In this document: piece by piece, positions 27,232 through 39,200 of the stretch
How positions within the stretch are numbered: position 1 is the stretch's first letter
Layout: each line of letters begins with the position of its first letter
Virus record (IMG/VR): IMGVR_UViG_3300042291_000667
Location: 1-51,428 of that record
DNA from: a virus
Lineage: Duplodnaviria; Caudoviricetes
DNA: 51,428 nucleotides
Direction: 5' to 3' (one strand)
Made by a program: the position numbers and the translations under genes
Notes under the pieces: model-generated
The model's database searches: none
What the model was told of the DNA's origin: nothing
Seen by the model: only the letters and a program-made list of their open reading frames with translations

Positions 27232-30200
27232 CTATTTCGCCTGTCTGTTTTTCTTAGTTTCGTTGTCATGCTCTGCATATACAGACTCAAGTGGTTGTAT
27301 TCTATATTGTGCAGACGCAGTTGAGAATGTACCAATCCCAGTTTTTTTGTTAAATATCAGATCAGTTGGCTCTTTAAGCTCGAACAGTCGTGTTCCGTTG
27401 TCAGTGGCTACTGCCAGAACAATCGCGATCTTGCCGTCTTCTTTCTCAAGAACACGTCGCTTAACCGTGTAGATCACCGTTATCGTTTTTTCTCCAGAGT
27501 TGTACGTTGTCTCGAGGCCAGCGATGCCTCCGATAATGTTCCCTGTTTCGATGAAGTACTCAAGAGAGCTTACGTAGCTTGGAGCGGCAGACGTTGGTGT
27601 TCCTGCTGAGACGACTGGTCGAATCCCATCTGCAAGAGTGTCAATCATTGTTTCAAGAGCCTCTCTTGCTTCGATCGGCATGTTAGACACTGCCCAAGAA
27701 GCAAGAACAGTTGACATCGATATGTCTGTTGTTTTTCTGGTGCCGTTATCATCATAGTACCACTCAATTAGGTTGTTAAGAGATTCGCGCCACGTGTCTT
27801 CGCTAAGATAGTGGTTTATGACGCCGGCAGGGACATACTGCGGAAGATCAAATTTAGATATTCCTAGCTTAGAAAATCCACTAAATACATTGTTGTCTTC
27901 TGTGCCATACATGTAAGTAAAGAATTTTTCAATTCCAGAGTCATTGCTGTCCAGAATACTCAACGTGTGCGTGAGGCCGCTCTTTGAAACCGCACGGCGC
28001 ATATACTCCGTGGTCATGTCGTACGCTGTCAAGCTCTCAGCGTCACTGCCGCTGTACAAGTATAAGCCACCTGAAGGTTCCTGCACGTAGATGTCCATAG
28101 TCGGATTTTCACTGCCTGGGCGTACAAGTCCAAGAATCTTAGATCCGTCAGGTGCTGGCATGAACCATGTAGTGCCAGTATCAGACTCAAAGTCCCACAC
28201 CTTTGCGACTACGTTCGTAAACGCACGGAACTCAAGTGGGTTTGCGCCCATGCTTAGTTGTTTTTGCTCGATATCTTCAACAAGATCCGCATTCTCTGCT
28301 ATTTGTTTTGCGATTCTTTCTCTATTAGGAACATCACCATGCACTACAAACAGTTCTTCTACTGGAATGCCATACATCGTAGTGATTCCTGACTGACTTA
28401 GCATGTCAAGAATTTCGTTTCTAATGTCTTCAGCTACTGATATGTATGTTAAGTACTCTCCAAAGTCGACGTCATGCTTAAACATAGCTTCATATGCGCT
28501 CCTATAGGTTGAAAGATCTATTTCTGCATAGATGTCGTGATTATTGAAACGCTGGCCGAACTGGTCTTCTCTATTTCCATAAATGTCAAGTCTTCTTAGC
28601 AATTTTTCTGCAGAAAAAACAAATATTGTGTTCGATAGATCATGAGCGGAGTCTTCGCTAGTAAAGTCGCTCAAAGACGTTTTTACATTCATCGGAGTCG
28701 TAAACACATAGTCCGCTGACCCTTTCTTTATGTCAGAGTCAGATGACAAACCAGTGTCTTGATTTCCTTCTAAAAGTCTTGTCATAGTTGAATTTAATCT
28801 ATTCGCAGACATAGTTCTTAGAATTGATTTTGCAGCGGCAGTAGCCGTGTATTCTCTAGGAACGGCAGAAATTCCACCAAACATAATATTAGGATTGTCA
28901 ACGTAATACATCATTCCAGCACGCATATTCGGTACTTCATGCTCAAACCTGTCAATTTCAAGTCTTTGCGCGAGTTCTTTTGCTTTTTCTTCTGAGAACA
29001 TCATTTCAACTCTGCCAGTGTCTGATATTCTAAATTCAATGTCGTCAACGGTGACATTTTCAGTCTTCTTTATCGAATCAAGCAACTCGTCTCTGACTTG
29101 CTGATCTTCAACATTTTTTGCTGGGTCAGTGTACTGCTTGAAGATACTTAGTAGCCTGTTTTCTGCGATTACTTTAAGATCTTCATTAGTGCCTGCTCGC
29201 ACATCTTGCACTCCAGCAGCTCTTAGCGCCGCGGCTATCTGGTCTTCTGTTGCGTCAAGCGGTAGATAGATTCTCACTGTATTGTCGTACGACACGGCCG
29301 ACTCGTCATGAGCATATGGCCTTTCTTGAATTGGTATGTTGTAGTCAGGCACAAAAAATTCTTCGCCGTCTTCATCAACAATTTCGTAGACCGCGCCCGT
29401 CTTTCCCTTGCTGTCGTCTATTACTAGTATGCTGCCTTCATATATTACTGGGCGGTTAGTGTCGGCTTGTGCTGCTGAGACTTTGACAATTTTCGCCGGG
29501 CCTCCTGTCCGAACAACTGTGCCGCTCGCAGGGTCGACATAGAATTGCGCCGGCATTACAGGCTTTTCTGTGATCTCAGCTTCCGAAAGATCGCCACTTA
29601 GTTTTAGAGCTTTTCTCTTTGCAGGATTTATAACATCTTCTTTGTTATTGTTTCGCACAAATCTGATTGGGTCTAGCAGTCTATCTGCTGCCCATGCGGT
29701 AAGCTTGAACCTGAGAGAAAGTTTCTTTTCGCCAGTAGGTTCGTCAACAACGATTGATGCACGCACTTCGAGATCTTCGATATCTCCGCCGTCAACAAAC
29801 GTACTTACAGCAATATCGTCGCTATTCTTAACGTGGTGGATCGCGTCCATTACTGAATATGTTCCATCGATCGCTGACGCAGAAAGCGGCAAAGGATTTT
29901 CTGGAGTGACTTTAGGACGTCCAGTTTGAGTAATTTTCTGTGCACCAACCATTTCAGGCTGTTCTTTTGGTTCATAGACAGGTAGCTCTAGCGGGCTGTC
30001 ATACACGCGACTGATTGCAAGCACCTGCTCGATCGACGATGCAACTGCGGGGTGGAGCATGCCGTTATCGTTGAGATCTCTAATGTCGTCTTCTGTAAAC
30101 CAGCCGAGGTCACTATTCTCGTCATCGCTAATCTTGAGAGAATCTGTCAATGAACTATTGTTAGTAACATCGACAATCATTGTTTCGTACTGCCAATCAG

Positions 30201-33200
30201 GCTCGACAAAGTTTGTGTGCGTTGCAATCGGATCTATTCCTTCTGGATAGACACCAAGTTCTTCTTTTAGCTCTTCATACGCTGTAAGTTGCGGACTTTG
30301 AGCGTGCTTCTTGTCCTTGTGCGCGCCGCCTGGCCATGCCCACTGGCCGCCGCCTGCTGAGATGTTTGCTGAGCGCTTTGCGAGTAGATACTCAAGCGTG
30401 CCGTCTTCTTTGACGCGGCGTAGCAGTGCACCTGCTGCACCGTATCTTCCCCAATAGCGCTTTCCTGACTTGGCGAAGTAATATCCTTCACCAGAATCTT
30501 GTGCGCCTGAGCTATACAAAGGAACAAAGAATGGAAGCGCAGGAGGTTCAAGCGATCCGTTCTTTAGCGCATAGACATCGTCGTATCGGATGTCGATACC
30601 GACAGTGACACCAGCCTCGTCGACATACGTGATCGATCCGCCACGCCATTCTTTGTAGTCAAGTTGAAGCGGTCCGTTGAGATCTTCTGTAGTTTCTTCA
30701 ACTGCTGCAACTGGACTCCACCAAGGAGCATCTTTTCCATACTGTGTAAATGTTGGCTCACCAAGTTCTTCGCGAACTTTATTGATCTTTTCGATAAGAC
30801 GTGAGTTTCGTTCTTTGGACGCCTCGACAATCACCTCAAACTTTTGTCCTAGGACTGGATCATCTTTGTAGTGCTCAGCAAGCCACGCTGCATGTCCGAA
30901 AGCGATTGGGTATATGCCGTTTGCAAGATCTTCTATTGGAACCCACAGAGCGGCCCGTGCATCATCTTGCGCAGTAAGCTCTGTGCCATCGGGTACTACG
31001 TAAGACACAGCGCCAACGCTTACGCCATTGACAAATCGGGGGTCCCAGTCTGGCGAATCTGTCACGCTACCGAGATTCTTACGTGACACTGCGTTTGCTG
31101 CATCAAAGCCGACTTCTTCTTGCATCTCACGGTCGGCAGCTTGCGCGAATGTTTCTCCAGCATCAAGCATTCCGCCTGGAAGAGCATACGCACCGCGGAA
31201 CGGCCCAAACTCACGCTCAATCATTGCAATAAGATCACCTTCATCTGAAGGCTTGATGATTACAGCATCTGACGCAGTCATGTGTTCTGTCTTTGCAAGA
31301 GAAAACTTGTTAGTTGCTTGCTCGACGTCGTCAATATCCAGCGCTTCGTCGTAGTAGGCATCGATGTTTACACCGAGTTCTCCTGCTGCTTCAGCAAGTG
31401 CCTCACTTGGTGCTGCTTTTTTCTTTCTTTCTAGCGGAACTACTTCAAGTGTGATACGCGTGTATGGTATAAATTCGTTATCATCAAAATCTAATGATTC
31501 ATTTACTCTTTCTACAGACTTGACACGGTAGCGTCCGTTTGGAATAATTGATTCTTTCTCAGACTTAACATGGCTGAGCTGGTCTATTGCGTACGCGCTG
31601 TCGACTGCGACTCGAAGAACTACGTGACCAACCTCTAGCGGAGAAATTTGATCTCCAACTTGTTCATAGTCTTCATAGTCAGACGGGCTTCCTTTGATGG
31701 CAGCAGATAAAAACTCATCGAAGTTCGTTAGCTCATCGGCGTTGGTCCACGACGACGGACGAAGAACGACTTCTTGCCCAGGCGTGAGCATGTACTTAAG
31801 CGGATGATCGTCGTCTGTAATCTTCTTATCATAGAATGACAAGAATCTGTCGTATTCTTGAGGTGGATTTCCACTACCTTCCCAGGCGCGCAGGATTCTT
31901 AGAAACGCGGAAGCTGGAGTCATTTCAATGTCGATCAACTCTGGAGTATCAAAGTACCTCGCCAGGTCAGTCCAAAATGCTTTTTCACTTAGTCTGTCCT
32001 TTTGCACTAAGTCAGTTGGAAAGTCTTCTCTCCACTCAGCTAAATCACGCCTAAGTTGCGGCCTTCCAGTTCCAGAAAATGGTGCTGGAGGCAAAGTGTC
32101 TTTAATGTAAGACATTGTCGACGCGAAGATGCCGATAACGGCGTTTTGCACGAGCTCGTCAGTTTTTGCGCGATTTTCAATGGAGTTAATATTCATTTCC
32201 CACATGAACATTGCCGCGTCTTTTGCCTCTGTGTCACTGCCGTCATACTCTTCGTACAGCTTTGCCCAGTTTTCAACGAACTGTGAGCCCATGGCCTGTG
32301 GGCCTTCCGCAACAAGTCTCGCAACAAGTTCTTTGTCACGAGGCGTGTGGTCTGGCGCGGCTCCACGTCCTTCAACAAGAACGTTTGGCATTGAAACATC
32401 CGCGCCAAGAGTTGTAACCATCTCTGTGCTGTTGTCTGGCACTTGTTCTTCAGTAGGCGTCTCTTCTACTGGCTCGTCGAGTTTGTCTGCGTCTGTGAGA
32501 CCAAATCTGTCAAGAATGCTTTGACGTCTGTTTCTAAGCTTCATCTTTAGATCAGCAGCATCTGCAAAGTCACTGATGATTGAATCAACAATTTCGTCAA
32601 TTCTTTCTGGAGATATATTGAGAAGAACCTTTGCAGATTCTTTGACTTGATCGTCAGTCATGTCGCCAAAGATTACAGATGCCTCTGGCGCCTTGCTCTC
32701 GCTGCGAAGCGTGTCAATTTCTCCAACAACGTCTCCGAACATTTTACCTTTGGGCTCACCCTGAGCACGCCACATGAGCGCGCCACCCGGGTCGACTCTT
32801 ATTGGGTTGCCGTCTTTGTCGATGATAACGTTGTCAAAAGTCAGACCTGCAATGTCCCAGTTTGCCAGCCATGCGTCGACAGCAAAGCCCTCTTGCAGCT
32901 TTTCAATTACGCTTCGCTCTGGGTTGTAGCCAAGAACACCGATACTTTCGACGATCGGAGACACAGTGCGTAGTTCACCATTTTTTTCGCCAAGAAGTAC
33001 TTCTACAGCAGGAACTTGCAGTTCTTTGTACAGCGCGGCTGCTAGTGCTTCGTTTTGAGCGTGAAGAGTTGACCTAGGTTCTTTTACATAGTAGTCATTG
33101 CCGTTTTGATCGCGGAACGTTCCACCTTCGTTAGACCCTTTCTTTGGGCCGACTTTTGTCCAGTTTTCAATGTCGTTATACGTAACATTGTCTTCATCTG

Positions 33201-36200
33201 CTTTGACTGGCTCTTGCTCAACGCTTGTTGTTTGATCGATGATAGCAATTCGCATTTTTCTTGAATCACCGTCTGTCGCATCTGTCTTTGACTTGACGAC
33301 AAACGTTGTGCCTCTCGCTAGCACTACTTCAGTTTCAGTGTCGACAGTGTCTCCAAAGTACGCAGCGAGCGAGATTCCTTTAGTTCCGGCGGGCGCTTCG
33401 ATTTCGAGAATAACGCCACTAAGTACGTCAACGTCTCTTGAAAACATTTCGGCCGTGTCATACTCAAGTGATGTTGAAACGAATCCTAAATCTGTAAACT
33501 CTTCACCAACAGCAAGTGAAAATAGTTTTTCAGCTGACCTATTACGTGTTCCACGGTACAAAAGTGTGTTTATTGGCAGCCCTGGAACTTTGTCAATCTC
33601 TTCATCGAAAGCCTTGATGATAGTGTCTAGGTCTGACAGTTCAACGTTGTGCTCTTCTTCTATTCGACTTGCTGGCTTAGTTCCTCTTAGGCGATAGTTA
33701 GTTGCAACCCACATGTTCGGGTCTTCTTGGTACAAGCGCATAGCTGCGGCATTTGCATCATTTACGTCATCTCCAAGAGCGTTGTCGTAGATCTCTCCAA
33801 GATCTTCTTGGTACTTTTTAGTATTTTTTACCGGAGTTAGCGTTTCTTTTGGCTTAGCAGAATAGAACTCGTCTTCAAAGTTAGAATCTACTTTTTCAAT
33901 AACTACAGGAACTTGAAAGTCAGGATTATTGTCAAACGCAGCTATTAGTCTGTGGTGACCGTCATACACACTGCGCGTGCCGTCTTTCCACTCACGGACG
34001 ATTATTGGAGTAAACACTCCTTCGCTTCTTACTCGCTGATTAAGACCGTAGGCGTTTGACTCTCTTTGGTTATTTAGATATTCTTCTGATTCGCCGTCTA
34101 GCAGCGAAAGTCCGTAAGCGTTTTCTGCTGGCAATCCCATTAGTTCTTGCGCAGATATGAGCTCATCGCCATCGTCTTTTTGCGGTGTTTTTTGTGGGTC
34201 AAGAAACTTTGGATCGACTTGGTCTTGTATAAGACTCAAGTCTTTTGTAGTCAACGCTTCGGGAGCCTCTGCTTCAACAGACGCAGAACTTAGGTCTTCA
34301 GTCTTGTTTTTGTCTTTTTCTTTTGGAACTACGACAACTTTGATTTTATCGCCTTCTCGAGAAATCACTTTAAAGACAGTGTTCCTTGGAAGAATGAATT
34401 CAGCCTCCATCTCCGAGAAAGACTCTGGATTACTGTAAGCTTCGTCGTCTTCGACTTTACTTCCATTTGCCGGGTCGACAAAAAACCCTCGAGACCCTTT
34501 AGGAACAACAATTTCAAGAAGATATCCGGCTTTCCCCTTAAACTTCTGCGCAACACTCTCAACAATTGACGTTGAAGAATACGCCACGTTGTTGAACTCA
34601 TCGCCCGGCTGTAGACTAGAAAGCATGTCGATGAGCGGCTCATTTTTTCTTCTCTTGTCTACTCCACGATAGACGAGCATGTCTTTTTTAGTCTTTGGAA
34701 ATAAGCTGATAAGCTTATCTAAAGTTTTTACTACAGCATTGAACCATTTTTCATCTCTTTTTGTCGCGCCTTCTGCATCGCTTTTCAGTCCCGCTAACCA
34801 TGAGTTTACTTCTTCAGCTCCACCACCTGTGTAGTAGTACGCACCGTCAAGGAAGTAGTCATCGTACGACTGGTTATCTTCCCACTTGTAGATAAACTTC
34901 GCGTACTGACTGCTCTCGCGCCAAAGATCATCTTCAATTTCTGACAAAAACTGAGCTGGATCTTGTATCGGCTTTACTTTGTTCCAGCGTGCTAATTCTG
35001 CTATGTCTTCAGGAGCCTCGGGTGCCCCTTGCGGGGCCTCAACTTTTGGGAAGTTGCCGCCGCCACCACCATCGTCACTAGGCGTAGGTCCAGTTCCACC
35101 GCCGTCTGGATCGCCTCCGCCATCATCGTCGTCATCGTCTGAGCGATCTGATTCCTCGCCTGACCACGTTTCTTCGTTTCTGCGTTGGATCATGTTGTTA
35201 TAGATCTCAAGCTGCTGGTCGAAGCTTGGCGGACGTGGGTCATTGCCCTTGTCCTCATCTTTCTTCTTCTGAGCGTCGTTTCTCACGTCTGCCCATGGCG
35301 CCTCGTCCTCACCGATAACGTCGAGTGTTGACGCTGTGCGGATCATTCGAGCAACACCGGGACCCCAGTTGCCTTTCTTGACAGCTCCCTGTTCACGCGG
35401 GTCGAGGTCAAAGCGAACGAATACACCGAGCCAGTCTGTCTTGTTGTAGTCAAGCACGCGACCGGCGAATCCGTTTTTATCGCGGACGCGCATTCCACGG
35501 CGGATAAGAATTCCATTCTTTGACGTACCCATTGGCTCGCCGACCTTGTTAAGAAGCTCTGGCGGTGGAAGATGTTCGCTTAATCTACGTCCATACTTTA
35601 CTTCTTCAATCGCGTCGCGAATTGAATTTACATAGTCTCTAAGAGCTTCAATCTCTGCGGCATCTGGGTTCTTCGACGTTAGAGGAACTTCTGGGACAGA
35701 GTCAGCAACTTCCGCAAGCTTTTCATACGCATCATCGAGCGTTATGTTTCCTGCAACAAGATCGCGTAGTACTTCGTTCACGCCTTCTCTGACGTCAGCT
35801 ACAATGTCCTTGCTTAAAGAGCGCTTCATGTTGCTCGCTGCTTCGTTGAACATGTTGTCGACTTCTGCGAATCGATCACGAATAAATTCCAAGTTAAATG
35901 AGCCGGCTTCAACAAGTTGTGGAGTTTCTTCAACAACTTCGCTGACTTGCTCGTCTGTCATTGGTTCATCAACCGATGGCATATCTGGAGCTGTTACAAT
36001 GTCTGCTGAATCGTCCTGCGCTGTTTCAACAGTTCCAGGCTCTTGTGCAGCTTCACGTCCGAAGATTGCTGGCAGTTTCTTTTGCGCGTCTACAACGCCA
36101 TCTTCTGGATCGCTAAACTTCTTAGTTTCGATGCCAGTAATGGTTTCATCAATGAGATCATTGAGCGCAGGGTTACCGCTAAAGATCACACTGAGCTTCT

Positions 36201-39200
36201 TGCGCATGTCGATCAGTGCGTTGATTCCTGCCTTGGCACCAAAGTCTTTGTTGCCCTTTGTGTCTGCAGCGTCTTGGATCGCGTAAAACACGGTGTCAAG
36301 AGCGTCGTAGACAGCTTGCTCGTCGTCAGACGGGCCATCTCCACCGGGAGCTGTTGTAATTGCTGGAGGCTCTTCTGCGCCACCGTCACCGCTTTCGTCA
36401 GTGACTTCTGGGACTGGAGTTGCGTCCTGCTCTTCAGCTTCAACTTCAGCTTCTTGACCTGCGAGTTCTGGGAACGAGCTTTCGTCATTGGCAGACGTAG
36501 AATCGTAGATCCAGTCCAAAGAACCAGGATCAAGTGCATTGATGGCGCGTGTGGCAGTTACGTAGGCAAGGTTAAACTCAGAGATATTTGGCCAAATGAT
36601 TTCGCCAGTTGTCTTATCCTTGCGTGGGCCACGGAAGTCTGTACCAACACGAACTCGTCCAAACTCAAGGCCTTTCATTTGATGCGCTGTTGAAACGACT
36701 ACGTCAATTCCCTGCCCAGCACGCGCCTCTGGTGTTGAACCGTATCCTTCAAGATCACGAATCAAATTCTGAAGCTTTTCAAGAGCGGCGCGACGGCTAG
36801 CGTCTGTGCTCGCTGAAATCTTCCAGACCTTGCTTTTTCCGTTCCAGTCTGCAACCTTCTTGAGCGTTTCCTTATATGGGAATGTCTTCTTGCCAGTGAT
36901 TATGACTCCGACAGGGTCTATAGAGAAGCTAATTCCGTCAGTAAGTTGGCCGTACGCACCAACACCAAGTTCGTCTGGAAGATCAAATTCAGAGCGTGCA
37001 GCAGTGCCGGTGTCGCCACCCATGCTCTTCTTGGCGTCACTGACACTTTCGATTTGCTGGATCTTTCCAAGCAAATCGTAAAGACCTTCGATTCCTTCTT
37101 CCTCTACGATCTCAATAAGAATGCCTGTCTTTGTGCCTAAATCGCTCTTTTCGCCTTTTGCAGCTTCCTCAGCGACATCTTTCCATGAACGGAAACCACG
37201 CAGATCTTCTGGCATACGCACTGGGCGCTTCTTGCCACTTGACGCACCGCCAGCTTTTAGCCATTCTGCTGCTTCAATGAATCCCTTAAGATCTGCATAG
37301 AACGACTTAGTAACACCGACTGTTCTTCCAGCTTCGATTTCTACAAGAATATCTTTAAACGCTCCGGCGTTTGATCTTACGATAACTGCTTCAGCATCTG
37401 TCATTGTTCCAGCAGGAAGAACTTGACCTGCTGGTCCGCGTCCAATGCCGCGGTTTGTTTCGACTCCGTGTACTCTTTCTTTGAGCGCGAGGAACCTGTT
37501 CGCAAAGCCGCCAATTTCTGGACCGTAGCGCCATGACTCCGTCAATGGAAGACGATATGGAGCCACAGCGTTTTGTAGTTGATCCTTAGCGCCATTGAAT
37601 TGATAGATAGCTTGGTCAGGGTCACCGACCATGATGACCTGAATTGACTGATTGAGAACAACGCTGCCGACAGCGTCGTTTGTGTCTTGAGCTTCGTCGA
37701 GCATGACAACGTCGATTGACCTGTCGACACCTGAGTCAGTACCAGAAAAATCTGGCTTGCTCATCGACCAAAGTTTTTTCATCTCGTTGAATGCAAACGG
37801 CATCTTTCCGTCTGGGTTGAGAATATCTGACCAGTACGTTTGCGCTGCAGAGAACACAACATCACTCAATTCAGATGGAACATCCGCTTCAAAAACATGA
37901 CCCATGTTGAGCATTGGATTTGAGCTGATCTCAAACTTAAAGACCGTGTCCTGCACCATTGATGCTATTTCTGATGCCTCGTATACCTCATCGCCGATTT
38001 TTACTTTAGAAAGGCCCAGGAACTTGGCGATGTCATCTTTGTTGAATAACGCTGTGTCGCTCTTGAACTTCTTGAAAAGATCAGGGTACTGCAATCTCAT
38101 AAAGTTGTATGCCACTGCGTCAGAAGTCTTTACCACGGTGTTTGGTGGGAACTTCGCACTTGCCTCGTCTGCAACTGATCTGTTGTATGCAATATACAGC
38201 AACCGCTTGCTAGGCTCAAGGCCTTGAATAACTCGAGCTCCGAGTGTCAATGTTGTTGTCTTGCCTGTTCCTGCCTTTGCGAGTACGACTACGTCTTCGC
38301 CTGTCAACCACGCGGCAATGATATTTTGCTGTTGCAATGTTGGCGTAAACTTTTCGCCCTTGAAAAGGTCAGCAGGGTCAACACTCTCTGGGAATGGAAT
38401 TATGTAATCTTCAAGATCATCTGCACCCCGATCTGGTAGCGGGCTAGATGAACCGTCTGTTGGGCCAGAGTGAAGTCCATCTGGATCGACGAAGTCTGAC
38501 TCATCTGGTGTTGCCCGCTTGATGATGTCATCGATTGACGGAACGTTACAGTCTTCTCCGTATGGATCACCGGATGCTTTGATTCCACCACCGCCACAGT
38601 TCCACGCGGCTGCAACAGCTTTCGCTGTTTCATAGTCAAGAAGTGCTTGAGCGTATTCTTTCTTAGCGCGATCGAAGTTTTCTTTATCGCGTTCGTACTT
38701 TTGCGCGTCTTTTGCAAGATCAGGAAGTGGCTTGTCGTTGATTGCGCGAATAATTCCGTCAAGAACGTTTCCAACAGCTTCTGCGTCAGCGTCAGCAGAG
38801 TGCCATCCTTCCAGTGTACCACCGAAGAACTCAACAAGAGTCTTAAGCTTGTGGTTTAACGGTCCGTTTGCGTCTGGCTTTACCTTCTGTGACTTCGACG
38901 GCATGAACTGCTGTGAAAGCTTAAGAGTGTCGATTACACCTGCAGGTGTGTAGTCAATTCCAGCGTCTGCGATCACGCCATTGAACACTCCAATGTCGAA
39001 CGGCGCGTTGTGTGCACCAAAGATTGCGTTTTCACCAGCCCATTCTGTAAACTGTCTGTGTACGTCGTCTTTTCCAGGCTGCTCAGAGAGCCACTCATCT
39101 GTAAGAATAACGCCGCCGTCACGCTTAAGATTTTCACGTGACCACAGGCCGAGCGGCTCGCCTGGACTCATGTGCATGTTGAACCTGTCGACAACTTCGC

